NCBI GenBank assembly: GCA_964394855.1
Contig: CAYMZD010000002.1
Span: forward strand, 60,575 to 124,574
Direction of reading: 5' to 3'
Origin: an uncultured Gammaproteobacteria bacterium
Lineage (GTDB): Bacteria > Patescibacteriota > Microgenomatia > Daviesbacterales > UBA10151
Length of the DNA: 64,000 nt
Shown here piece by piece: positions 1 to 8,993 of this stretch. The number at the start of each line of letters is the position of its first letter. Within the stretch, counting starts at the first letter, position 1. Position numbers and translations under genes: made by a program. The notes under the pieces were generated by a model. The model worked only from the letters and a program-made list of their open reading frames with translations, did not search any database and was not told the DNA's origin.

Positions 1-1074
1 GAGATGGGTGTTGATTATAAAGAAGGTATGGAGTTTGACAAGGGCTTTGTGAGTCCTTATTTTGTGACAGACACGGATAAAATGGAATCTTCCATTGAAG
101 ACCCTTACATTTTAATTACCGATAAAAAGATCTCCTCGGCTGCGGATTTGGTGGAATTTTTAAATAAATTTGTGCAGGTTTCCAAAGACTTGGTGATAAT
201 TGCCGATGAGGTGGAGGGTGAAGCTTTGGCTCTTTTGGTTGTGAACAAACTTCGAGGTACTATTAATGTGTTGGCAGTTCAGGCACCGGGATTTGGCGAC
301 AGACGCAAAGAGATGCTGGAAGATATTGCTACTCTTACAGGTGGGGTAGTTTTATCCGAGGATACCGGTAAAAAGCTTGAGTCAGCGGAGGTAACTGATT
401 TGGGACGGGCCGGCAGGGTAACATCCGATAAAGATAATACTTTGATAGTTGACGGTAAAGGAGCCAAGGCTAAAATTGAGGGAAGAATTGCTCAAATCAG
501 AAGGGAACTGGCAGCTTCAGATTCCGAATTTGACAGGGAAAAACTGCAGGAACGTTTGGCAAAACTGACCGGTGGGGTGGCAGTAATCAATGTGGGTGCT
601 GCTACTGAAATTGAATTAAAAGAGAAAAAGGAAAGAGTGATTGATGCGGTGGCTGCCACAAAGGCGGCTATTGAGGAGGGAATTGTCCCGGGTGGAGAGG
701 TGGCGCTTTTAAGGGCTGGTAAAGTTTTGGACAAAGATAATTTGAATGGTGAGGAAAAAGTGGGGTGGGAAATTGTTAAAAAAGCCCTGGAAGAGCCTTT
801 TAGATGGCTGGTTAAAAATGCTGGGTTGGATGAGGGAGTATCCTTGGCAAAAGTCCGAGAAGCGAATGGTAATTTGGGAATTGATGCTTTGGATGGTAGT
901 CTTAAGGATTTGGTTCAAGCAGGAATTATTGATCCGGTTAAAGTGGCCAGATCCGCTTTGCAAAATGCAGCATCAGTGGCGGTGATGATTATGACCACCA
1001 ACGTGTTAGTGAGTGACAAACCAGAACCCCCCGCACCTCCTCCACCCCCAGGCCCCGGCATGGGCGAGTACTAG
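1..1074 (+). CDS. groL: chaperonin GroEL (60 kDa), 5'-partial (gene continues upstream of window)
   Basis: ORF open to window edge; translation matches the GroEL C-terminal ~355 aa ([35 protein letters not shown]). Tail is Pro-rich [15 protein letters not shown] rather than GGM repeats. Confidence 0.93.
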   Translation, partial: EMGVDYKEGMEFDKGFVSPYFVTDTDKMESSIEDPYILITDKKISSAADLVEFLNKFVQVSKDLVIIADEVEGEALALLVVNKLRGTINVLAVQAPGFGDRRKEMLEDIATLTGGVVLSEDTGKKLESAEVTDLGRAGRVTSDKDNTLIVDGKGAKAKIEGRIAQIRRELAASDSEFDREKLQERLAKLTGGVAVINVGAATEIELKEKKERVIDAVAATKAAIEEGIVPGGEVALLRAGKVLDKDNLNGEEKVGWEIVKKALEEPFRWLVKNAGLDEGVSLAKVREANGNLGIDALDGSLKDLVQAGIIDPVKVARSALQNAASVAVMIMTTNVLVSDKPEPPAPPPPPGPGMGEY

Positions 1075-1075
1075 T

Positions 1076-1104
1076 TTGCAGCATAACTTATAGTGTGGTA
1101 AAAT
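1076..1104 (+). promoter_or_regulatory. sigma70-like promoter TTGCAG-17-TAAAAT with extended TG motif; -10 ends 7 nt before the ATG at 1111, so the mRNA may be leaderless
   Basis: Read directly: ttgcag(1076-1081), 17-nt spacer ending tgg, taaaat(1099-1104). No SD-like sequence before the ATG. Confidence 0.4.
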
Positions 1105-1110
1105 ATTTAA

Positions 1111-1581
1111 ATGGAGACTTTGGTTGCCGAAGAAAGAGAAATTTCTTTTAATACAAGAGGATTAAATCAAACAGAACAAGATTTAGTGAGATCTGTAGCA
1201 TTTAGCGTTTTTCTGGGCGCACTCAAATGTGCTTCCTATTCTTTAAGGCGTTGTACATTTTTTGCAGATATTGCTTATGAACCATTAGTAAAATCCCTAG
1301 AAGGTATAGAAATAGCTTCAAATTCCAGAATAGAAGGTGATGACGAAAATCCATTTGACCAACACTATTGGTTGGCTTTTAATCTTCTAACAGAAGGTGG
1401 TGGAGTTCCAGAGGTAGTGTTAATAGACCCGATTTTTGGTTACTTAGGTTTAGAAAAATTTGCTGGTGATAAATTTCCAGGATGGACTGGACACCTGGAG
1501 TATTATCGAAGAAAAAGAATTGTCCCGTGGCGTACTCCAGTTTGGGAAGGCGGGGTTAGAATAAAAACAATCGGGATATAA
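1111..1581 (+). CDS. hypothetical protein (156 aa), no recognisable domain
   Basis: Clean ORF immediately downstream of groEL with its own strong promoter. No family recognised from the sequence. AT-rich codon usage (many tta/ata/aga/gaa). Followed by an imperfect palindrome aaatcattatttttCGATCGagaaaaaatgattt at ~1582-1615. Confidence 0.45.
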   Translation: METLVAEEREISFNTRGLNQTEQDLVRSVAFSVFLGALKCASYSLRRCTFFADIAYEPLVKSLEGIEIASNSRIEGDDENPFDQHYWLAFNLLTEGGGVPEVVLIDPIFGYLGLEKFAGDKFPGWTGHLEYYRRKRIVPWRTPVWEGGVRIKTIGI

Positions 1582-1639
1582 TTTTATTTAAATCATTATT
1601 TTTCGATCGAGAAAAAATGATTTCTGTATTTTATCACTC

Positions 1640-2260
1640 ATGTTCGACTCATGGTACAATGGGTTTATGGCCAAACTGCATTATAAGGAAAGTCCGACTC
1701 CTGCTCAAAAATCCTCTTTTGCCCCATACTTGGCAGAAGACGAGGAGCTGATTTTAGTGACCGGTTTATCCCAGGCCTATATTAGATCAAAATTTATTAT
1801 CTATCTTTTAATGCCTGGTTTAATCTTGGCTGTTTTGGGTTTTGGTTTGGGTTGGTTTTTACATTTTACCCAAACAGTCTCATTAATATTGGCTTTTATG
1901 CTGGCCATTTTAGCGGCTACCCTCAAAACCTTTCACTTATATCATGCCAACAGATATTTACTAACTACCAGAAGGGTGATTATCAAGAAAGGGTTATTGG
2001 CTGTTAAACTGACGGCAACTTTATATGATAAGATTACCCATCTGGAAGTGGATCAGGGAATTATCGACAGATTATTTTTGCACCACGGCACCATTATTGT
2101 TAACACAGCCGGGTTAAATAAAGGCGAAATAGTTTTGCAGTTTGTAGATTACCCCATGGAACTTAAAAACTTAATGGAAAGATTAATCAATCGGGAAAGA
2201 GAACAGTTCGGTCTTCGCGGTGGTTCTATCTCGGCTGTTGAAGGGGAGATAATTAATTAA
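1640..2260 (+). CDS. bacterial PH-domain (bPH_2/YdbT-like) membrane protein
   Basis: Two N-terminal TM helices (FIIYLLMPGLILAVLGFGLGWF, VSLILAFMLAILAA) followed by a YdbS/YdbT-like segment (ITHLEVDQGIIDRLFLHHGTIIVNTAG). True start may be the internal Met (MAKLHY, ~1670). Confidence 0.5.
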   Translation: MFDSWYNGFMAKLHYKESPTPAQKSSFAPYLAEDEELILVTGLSQAYIRSKFIIYLLMPGLILAVLGFGLGWFLHFTQTVSLILAFMLAILAATLKTFHLYHANRYLLTTRRVIIKKGLLAVKLTATLYDKITHLEVDQGIIDRLFLHHGTIIVNTAGLNKGEIVLQFVDYPMELKNLMERLINREREQFGLRGGSISAVEGEIIN

Positions 2261-2981
2261 AATCAGGTTTTAAAGTTTTCACCAAATCAGATTTTATTTG
2301 ATCTCCACCAGCAGGTCTTAAGGTTTCTGGGCTAGGATAACTAGGTACAGGAGGGAGAATAGTTAAGGGATCAATGTTTTGACCGTCTTTTTGGATTTCC
2401 AAATGAGTGTGTGGTCCAGAGGTATACCCAGTCAAACCCACTTCACCCAGAATGGTGTTTTGGCTGACTATTTGTCCTTTTTTCACATAAATTCTGCCCA
2501 TATGTCCATAAAGCGATTTTAAACCACGACTGTGGCTCACAATGACATGATTGCCATATCCCCACAACCAAATATTAACTTCTTCCACCACTCCCTCGGC
2601 GATAGGGCGGACTGGCATACCTAAACCTGTGGCCAAGTCCACACCTGGATGCCACGGGGAAAACTTGGTGGAAAGATATCCTGGATGGGGAAGCGCTAAA
2701 TTGGGAAACTGCTCTGCCACGATTTCTTGTTGCTGCTCTGATGCTAAAACTTTAGCCTGTCTCACAGGTGGGAATTGGACAATTGGCTGATACCCCAGCA
2801 AGATGAGAATACTAAAAGAGGTTATGATGAGCCGCCTCAACCAAATGGATCTAAGCCTTGGCTCAATGTTGGGAAAGTGTCTTATTAGGGCATCCCGGTA
2901 AGAAACTCTCTTAGGCAGAAGGCTTTCTAGCCTTTTTAACAGACAAGGGCGGATTTTAGCATAAATTGTGGCAATAGTCAA
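2253..2981 (-). CDS. M23 family (LytM-like) metallopeptidase, membrane-anchored
   Basis: N-terminal TM helix. Canonical M23 motifs GYGNHVIVSHSRGLKSLYGHM and SGPHTHLEIQKDGQNIDP (HxxxD, HxH). Confidence 0.8.
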   Translation of the reverse strand: MTIATIYAKIRPCLLKRLESLLPKRVSYRDALIRHFPNIEPRLRSIWLRRLIITSFSILILLGYQPIVQFPPVRQAKVLASEQQQEIVAEQFPNLALPHPGYLSTKFSPWHPGVDLATGLGMPVRPIAEGVVEEVNIWLWGYGNHVIVSHSRGLKSLYGHMGRIYVKKGQIVSQNTILGEVGLTGYTSGPHTHLEIQKDGQNIDPLTILPPVPSYPSPETLRPAGGDQIKSDLVKTLKPDFN

Positions 2982-3023
2982 ACTTAAAGTATAATTAATT
3001 AAGCGCTTATCAAATAAAAATCA

Positions 3024-3836
3024 ATGAAGAAGGCAATTTTTTTAATTTTGGTTTTAGTGAGCCTCTTGATATTATTAGTCCGATTTGGGGCTGTACCACT
3101 TTTGGGTTTACTTAATGTTAAAGAAAAAGCTGGTTTAAAAATACAATCAACTCCTAGCGCAGCACAGGTTTTTGTTGATGAGTTATCAGTTGGTAAAACT
3201 CCTTTTGAAGAGGATAATTTCACTCCAGGTGAGAAAATTGTTAGATTGGAAATTGGTGAAAATAAATGGCAAGGTCAAGTTAAACTAGTTGAGGGGACGC
3301 TGACAGTGATTAATAGGGATCTAGCAAAAGATAATACCTCGTCTGCGGGTGAGATATTAACATTAGAAAAAGGCGCTGGGGCAACAGTCATCTCGCTACC
3401 TTCAGAAGCAATGGTGGAGATTGATGGTAAGACAGAGGGTCTCACTCCTTTAAAAATAGATTTGACCGTAGGAGAACACACCTTTGTAATTTCCAAAGGA
3501 GAATATCTTAAAAGGGGTATTCGGGTCCAAGTCCCGGCAGGATTTAATTTGATTTTGACTGTAGATTTGGCTTTGACTGAAACAGATTTGACTAATGTAA
3601 ACTTCCCCACAGTAACTGGTACCTCTTTCTTGGTGGTAAAAAATACTCCCACCGGATTTTTAAGAGTCAGAGATAAACCTTCGCTTTCAGGTGCAGAAGT
3701 GACCAGGGTTTCCCCTGGGGATGAACTGATTTTATTGGAGGAGGGATCTTCCTGGGATAAAATCAGATTACCCAATGGCACAGAAGGTTATGTCTCCACT
3801 AGTTATGTAGAGAAAAAGACATCTCAAGCTCCTTAA
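3024..3836 (+). CDS. secreted/membrane-anchored protein with PEGA repeats and a C-terminal SH3b domain
   Basis: Signal/TM N-terminus (MKKAIFLILVLVSLLILLV). Two PEGA-like segments (VFVDELSVGKTPFE and VEIDGKTEGLTPLKIDLTVGEHTFVISKGEY). C-terminal SH3b-like segment (LRVRDKPSLSGAEVTRVSPGDELILLEEGSSWDKIRLPNGTEGYV). Confidence 0.55.
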   Translation: MKKAIFLILVLVSLLILLVRFGAVPLLGLLNVKEKAGLKIQSTPSAAQVFVDELSVGKTPFEEDNFTPGEKIVRLEIGENKWQGQVKLVEGTLTVINRDLAKDNTSSAGEILTLEKGAGATVISLPSEAMVEIDGKTEGLTPLKIDLTVGEHTFVISKGEYLKRGIRVQVPAGFNLILTVDLALTETDLTNVNFPTVTGTSFLVVKNTPTGFLRVRDKPSLSGAEVTRVSPGDELILLEEGSSWDKIRLPNGTEGYVSTSYVEKKTSQAP

Positions 3837-4756
3837 TAAGAGGTAATAATAATGACCAGGAAAAGCCAGATTAAAACTGATGCCAGGAGTGGTTTATCAG
3901 TGATGAGTACTCTCTCTGGTGATTCTCCTTCTTTTTTCTCATAAATTATATAGAGATAGCGCATCACCCCATAAATAACAACTGGTACAGTGGCCATAAA
4001 GTATTTAGCTTCAAAAACTGATAAATTCAACTGTCCCAAAAAAATCACTAAATTTCTAGGAGTTAAAATTGTTGGTTGCAGAAAAGCAAATAGAGCATAA
4101 GTTAGCCAGGTGGAGTTGGCAAACATAGAGGTTAAAATATCCAGCAAACTTTCCGGATAATGCAGTAGAGTCTCTCGATGTTTAAAGGCTTGGCTCTGCA
4201 TTAAAGTTCGCTCTGAACGTCTTTTGCCTATAGCTAAAAATAGGGCAAAAGAGGTGATAGAGAGAAGAAACCAAACATTTAGATGAGCATCAATTATCCA
4301 CACTCCGCCGTAGACCCGTAGAACAAAGCCGGCAGCAATGACCATAATATCCAAGAGAATGATCTGCTTTAAGTAAGCTGAATAAAAAAGCTGCAAAATT
4401 AAATAGAGAAAAGAGGCCAGAAAAAAAGCAGGAGATAGTTTATAAGATAGCGGTAAAAGGATAAAAATTAAGACCAAGGCAAAACCGGCAGCTACATATG
4501 GGGGGATTAAACCAGAGGCAATGGGACGCTTTTTTTTAAATGGATGAAGTTTATCTCTTTCTATATCAAAGACATCATTTAAAAGATAAGTAGCTGAAGA
4601 GAAACCACAAAAAAGCAGAAAACCATAAAATGTCCTTAGTTGCAATTCAGGTACAAACAGCGAACCAGAGAGAAGTAATGCAGCAAAAACTGCAAAATTT
4701 TTTATCCATTGTCTTGGTCGTAAGGCTTTGATAAGCCCCCAAAGAAATTGAGCCAA
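3833..4756 (-). CDS. UbiA-family prenyltransferase resembling decaprenyl-phosphate 5-phosphoribosyltransferase (DPPR synthase)
   Basis: N-terminus RPRQWIKN plus LNDVFDIERDKLHPFKKKRPIASG (UbiA Asp-rich motif NDxxDxxxD); multiple TM helices; 55-nt overlap with the upstream WecA-like gene. Confidence 0.55.
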   Translation of the reverse strand: MAQFLWGLIKALRPRQWIKNFAVFAALLLSGSLFVPELQLRTFYGFLLFCGFSSATYLLNDVFDIERDKLHPFKKKRPIASGLIPPYVAAGFALVLIFILLPLSYKLSPAFFLASFLYLILQLFYSAYLKQIILLDIMVIAAGFVLRVYGGVWIIDAHLNVWFLLSITSFALFLAIGKRRSERTLMQSQAFKHRETLLHYPESLLDILTSMFANSTWLTYALFAFLQPTILTPRNLVIFLGQLNLSVFEAKYFMATVPVVIYGVMRYLYIIYEKKEGESPERVLITDKPLLASVLIWLFLVIIITSY

Positions 4757-5787
4757 AGTAATCCTCCTAATAAGCTTGCTCCTACTAAAATGGCGGCAAA
4801 AACCTTCCCCCGGCTATCTAAGGTGAGAGCAACAGCTCCCAGAATAGCAGAAAGGAGCATATAAAACAAGCTGATTTGTTGATGAGTTAGCCCTAAGTCT
4901 AAAAGACGATGATGCAGGTGTCCTCTATCTCCCCAAAGAGGCGACTTACCAGATAATACTCGTCTCCAAAAAGTATAGATAAAATCTGTGGCGGGAACTA
5001 GCAGGACTAAACCGGCAGTGGCCAGTTTGGCACCAGATAAAATAGCCAGAGTAGCTATCATAAAACCCAAGATAGTGGAGCCGGAAAATCCGGGGAATAT
5101 TTTGGCTGGATGCCAATTAAAAATTAAAAATGCCAAAGAGGTGGCGGCAGTGACAAATGAAATCCGGGCAATATTAAACTGATTGGGATCTCCTTGCCAA
5201 AAAAGCTTTAAAGATAAAATCCCCAAAATGGTGGCGGCAACTACCACAATACCTGGCATCTGACCATCTACCCCCTTTGACCAATTAATCATATTCATGA
5301 CCCAGACAATCCAAAAAATAGCCAAGATATCAGCTAGTAGAATAATCTGATGGGCCCCAAAAAAATTAATAGGCAAAGTGACAGTATCCAATCTGATAAT
5401 CCCTCCCAAGGGATTGGTAATAAAGGTAATCCCCACCCCGGCTAAAACTACTATCAATGCTGCCAAGAATTGAGCTATGAGACGAATATATGGGGATAAG
5501 TTATGAAATTTATCGTCAGCCAAGCCGACTATCAATAAAACCAAAAGAGAAATAATGATGCCAATGATATGTTTTTGCAAGGGAACAAATAATAATATTG
5601 TTGCCACTAGCCCCAGAAAACAAGCCAATCCCCCTGCTCTGGGTACCACTCTTTTTTGGACATGAGCTGGATGGGGTCGCAGTTTTGGATCGTCCATTAA
5701 ACTATATTTTTGGGCCAATTTAATGGTCAAGGGTATGGAAAAAGCAGTGATTAAAAAAGCAACAATAGCTGGGAAAATAATCTCCAT
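4702..5787 (-). CDS. polyprenyl-phosphate N-acetylhexosamine-1-phosphate transferase (MraY/WecA family, GT4)
   Basis: Motifs GLADDKFHNLSPYIRL and VMNMINWSKGVDGQMPG (the D-D and NxxNxxDGxDG motifs of the MraY/WecA family); ~10 TM helices. Start placed at the internal Met (MEIIFPAIV, 5787), which abuts the stop of the upstream small ORF. The track ORF extends to 5841. Confidence 0.6.
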   Translation of the reverse strand: MEIIFPAIVAFLITAFSIPLTIKLAQKYSLMDDPKLRPHPAHVQKRVVPRAGGLACFLGLVATILLFVPLQKHIIGIIISLLVLLIVGLADDKFHNLSPYIRLIAQFLAALIVVLAGVGITFITNPLGGIIRLDTVTLPINFFGAHQIILLADILAIFWIVWVMNMINWSKGVDGQMPGIVVVAATILGILSLKLFWQGDPNQFNIARISFVTAATSLAFLIFNWHPAKIFPGFSGSTILGFMIATLAILSGAKLATAGLVLLVPATDFIYTFWRRVLSGKSPLWGDRGHLHHRLLDLGLTHQQISLFYMLLSAILGAVALTLDSRGKVFAAILVGASLLGGLLWLNFFGGLSKPYDQDNG

Positions 5788-6122
5788 TAGATAAAAATTA
5801 AAATAATTTTCATAAAACTGACCAGTAAAACAGTGGCACAAACCAGCGATGTAGCTTGTATGACTTGTTTAAAAAGGCGCTGCTTATCATGCAGCTGCCA
5901 GTAAATCATTAAATTGATTAGGGTAATGCAAACTAAAATGGCGGGCAGGATGAAAAATTGTGGCAGCATTGCCAGCTGCCCCTCGCCCCAGGGAAGAGAG
6001 TAAAACAAAGGTAATTTAGATGGAGAAAATATTGGCATGAAAAGAATTACCGTGGTCATCACCACAGCCAAAAATATTGGCCATAACTCAATTTTTAAGA
6101 AAACTTTTGCTTTACGGCCCAT
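5787..6122 (-). CDS. small polytopic membrane protein (111 aa), hypothetical
   Basis: Three hydrophobic helices; overlaps the GT2 stop and abuts the WecA-like start, so it is likely co-translated within the operon. Confidence 0.35.
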   Translation of the reverse strand: MGRKAKVFLKIELWPIFLAVVMTTVILFMPIFSPSKLPLFYSLPWGEGQLAMLPQFFILPAILVCITLINLMIYWQLHDKQRLFKQVIQATSLVCATVLLVSFMKIILIFI

Positions 6123-7900
6123 CAGCTATTTTTCCCCTGCAATCTGGTTTTAATGGTTGTCCTAAACTCTAGATATTTTCCCAACATTAAAGTAGTTTGG
6201 GCATCAATAGCAGGTAGGGAAGCAATAGTCACCAGCACAATAGGTACCAACAGCCATTGGAAATATGAGAAAAACTTTTTTATCAAAGACCAATTGGGGG
6301 GTCTTTTGGGAATAGTTTTTTCATGAACATAGATGGTGGAAAAAAGCCCCAAAAAGGCAATGGTTAAAACCCAAGACGAAGCAATAGAGAGATTATAGGC
6401 CACGACAGATTCTGAATATTGGGGATTGATAAAACCGATTAAAACACCGCCAAAAGTAATAAAAAGTGCCAGCGTACCCCATTTTAAGTATGACCAAATT
6501 ATAAAAATTAATCGGTCGGTTTTATTCCAAAAATCTAATCGTGAGTTTTTAAAGTATTGTTTAATAATAAATGGAAGATGTTCTACGCCATAAGCCCACC
6601 TTTTAAGTTGTAAATATTGATTTTGGAAAGTTTTCAAAAGATTAACATCAACCACGGTGTCAGCGCTAATTGGTAAGTAATGAGGAATGACTTTATAATC
6701 ACCATCAAAATAATAATATGCTTTCCAGAAAAATCCGGCATCATCATTAACTTTATCAGGAATCCACAGCCCCACATCAAGTAATGATTTTAAGTTGATG
6801 GAGAGGGAGGAAAAGTTGATATATTTATCGCTCCCCACCATTTCTGATATTTGCCAAAAGGCAGTGCCAGAGGCAATGACCCGCATTGGGGCAGGAGCTT
6901 GCCAGTAGTTGTTGTAATATAAAAATACTCCGGTAAAAGAACGTTTATCCCGTTCATTCTCTGGGGTTTTTAAGTATTTATGTAAAGCCCCTGCTAAAAA
7001 TTGAGGATGAATCACAAAATCAGCATCCAGAGTGGTCACAAAAACATCCTCTGGTTTGATACCCAGTTTTTTGAATTCTGAAACGGCATTTTTGATCATC
7101 CAGTTTCTGTTAGTTCCTGGTCCTGGCACCTCACCTGATAGCCCAAAAGGGTGTATGGTGGTGAAAACTCCGCCAATTTTTTTAGAGTACTTTGCTAAAT
7201 ATTTCTTAGTTTCATTGATTTTTTTAAGATCATCCCTCTGCTCAAAACCAACAGCCAAAAAAAGTTTTTTCTGGGGATAACTGGAATGGGCAATAGCCTC
7301 AAAAGCAGGAGCTAAAACCTCCAGAGGCTCTTTATAAGTGGGTAAAAGTAAGAGGTGGTAGTATTTTTCCCACTGGCGAGGAAAATCTTGTTCTAGTTCT
7401 TCTAGCCAATTTTGTTTGGCTGCCCAGGTAAATTTTTTATAACCTATAAAAATTAAAATGGCAATTTTTAAAGAGTTAAAAAGCCAATAGATGTCAGCTA
7501 ATATGATTAGGTAGGCAACAGCAAAAGGTAGGGTGAATGAAAGCCAAATGGGAGAGGTTAAAGCTAACCAAGTTAAGGCCCCAGGTAGGATTTCCAATAA
7601 ACGCTCTACTTTAGTGTCATGTTTTTGAATAAAATCTCTTTCTATTTTTTCAGAGAAAAGATACCGTTCGGATAAAAGATGATGGGCAATGATCCCCACG
7701 CCTGCTCCTACCAGAAAATAACCAGCCAAAATATTTAAAGGGTAGCCTAAACCTGGTCCCCAAATTCCCAAAATTATTCCAGCCAAAATGGAAAACAGTC
7801 CCACTAGAGAGTGAAGTTTGATCTTGACAACTTGTTTAAAAAGGGCAGCAAGGTAAAAAAATGATAACAGTCCAATTAAAAGCGCCAAAAGAAATCTCAT
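6122..7900 (-). CDS. processive family-2 glycosyltransferase (cellulose/chitin/hyaluronan-synthase-like) with N- and C-terminal TM bundles
   Basis: GT2 DxD motif (TTLDADFVIHP), SADTVVD, and the hallmark processive-synthase motif QLKRW (QxxRW); TM helices on both flanks of the catalytic domain. Confidence 0.6.
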   Translation of the reverse strand: MRFLLALLIGLLSFFYLAALFKQVVKIKLHSLVGLFSILAGIILGIWGPGLGYPLNILAGYFLVGAGVGIIAHHLLSERYLFSEKIERDFIQKHDTKVERLLEILPGALTWLALTSPIWLSFTLPFAVAYLIILADIYWLFNSLKIAILIFIGYKKFTWAAKQNWLEELEQDFPRQWEKYYHLLLLPTYKEPLEVLAPAFEAIAHSSYPQKKLFLAVGFEQRDDLKKINETKKYLAKYSKKIGGVFTTIHPFGLSGEVPGPGTNRNWMIKNAVSEFKKLGIKPEDVFVTTLDADFVIHPQFLAGALHKYLKTPENERDKRSFTGVFLYYNNYWQAPAPMRVIASGTAFWQISEMVGSDKYINFSSLSINLKSLLDVGLWIPDKVNDDAGFFWKAYYYFDGDYKVIPHYLPISADTVVDVNLLKTFQNQYLQLKRWAYGVEHLPFIIKQYFKNSRLDFWNKTDRLIFIIWSYLKWGTLALFITFGGVLIGFINPQYSESVVAYNLSIASSWVLTIAFLGLFSTIYVHEKTIPKRPPNWSLIKKFFSYFQWLLVPIVLVTIASLPAIDAQTTLMLGKYLEFRTTIKTRLQGKNS

Positions 7901-8676
7901 GCTGAAAGTAAGTTTACAACATTTGTAGTTGTTTGTCTTGCCAGCTCTTCCAAGGAGAGATTTTTAATATGCGCCACCACTTTAGCAGCTTCCACTACAT
8001 TGGCCGGTTCATTGCGTTTACCCCTTTGTATTTGTGGGGGTAAAAAGGGGGAGTCTGTTTCCAAAACTATTCTATCTAAGGGTAATAATTTTATAGCTTC
8101 AAGTAAATAATCGTTTTTTGGGTAGGTGATATTGCAGGCAAAGGAAACTAAGAAGTTGGTGGAATTAAGAGCTAGATTAGTGGTAGATGGTAAACCGCTG
8201 TAGCAGTGGTAAATTCCAAAATGATCTTTGGTCATTTGCAAAACCTCATCCCAGGCATCTCGACAGTGGACTATTAAAGGTAAATGCAATTTTTTGGCCA
8301 AGTCAATTTGGGCTTGAAAAAGTTTTCTTTGTGCTTTCTTAGTTTGTTCGTCAATATCCTTATAATCCAAACCGCATTCTCCCACAGCCACAACTTTCTC
8401 CGGTGCACTGCGGTATATTTCCTCAAGTAGTTTACCCTGAGCGAGTGGAGCGAGTCGAAGGGCTTCATGGGGATGAATGCCAATGGTGGATAAAACTCGT
8501 AATCCTTTTGGCCAAGGATAATTTTTTACTTGTTCCAGGGCTTTTCGGGAAGTTTTAATATCAACCCCTATATTAATAATGTAGGAAACCTTGGCCGCCA
8601 CAGCTTTTTTAATTACCTCATCAAAATCATCTTTGAATGAATCCCAATATAAATGCGCATGTGTATCAGCTAACAT
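7897..8676 (-). CDS. tatD: TatD-family metal-dependent hydrolase/DNase
   Basis: MLADTHAHLYWDSF N-terminus (HxH); IGIHPHEA, VAVGECGLDY and ETDSPFL motifs typical of TatD. Confidence 0.8.
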   Translation of the reverse strand: MLADTHAHLYWDSFKDDFDEVIKKAVAAKVSYIINIGVDIKTSRKALEQVKNYPWPKGLRVLSTIGIHPHEALRLAPLAQGKLLEEIYRSAPEKVVAVGECGLDYKDIDEQTKKAQRKLFQAQIDLAKKLHLPLIVHCRDAWDEVLQMTKDHFGIYHCYSGLPSTTNLALNSTNFLVSFACNITYPKNDYLLEAIKLLPLDRIVLETDSPFLPPQIQRGKRNEPANVVEAAKVVAHIKNLSLEELARQTTTNVVNLLSA

Positions 8677-8678
8677 AA

Positions 8679-8993
8679 TTAAGGATTTTTAATTATTTCC
8701 TCCAGAATTATTCTTTTTTTGAATTCTCCGCGATCAATAGCTTTTTGCTGTTTTATTTTTTGTAATTTAGTTGGATTAATATTTTTAAGTTTACAGATGG
8801 CATCAATAACTTCTAGCATATCTGCCAGTTCTTCAGGATTTTGTTCTTTTAAAAATTCCTCAACCTCTTCCTGCAACTTTTCCAGTAGTTTTTTTCTGTA
8901 TTCTTCATTGTTGGCAATATGAGTTATTGGGGTTTGCCCGTCTGCTTTGATAATTTCCGGAATTTTATCTCTGACTAATTTATTATATTTCAT
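8679..8993 (-). CDS. MazG-like small NTP pyrophosphohydrolase (house-cleaning NTPase family)
   Basis: ~100-aa all-helical protein; NKLVRDKIPEII N-terminus and EELADMLEVIDAI pattern typical of the short MazG-like/PRA-PH-like family. Confidence 0.5.
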   Translation of the reverse strand: MKYNKLVRDKIPEIIKADGQTPITHIANNEEYRKKLLEKLQEEVEEFLKEQNPEELADMLEVIDAICKLKNINPTKLQKIKQQKAIDRGEFKKRIILEEIIKNP

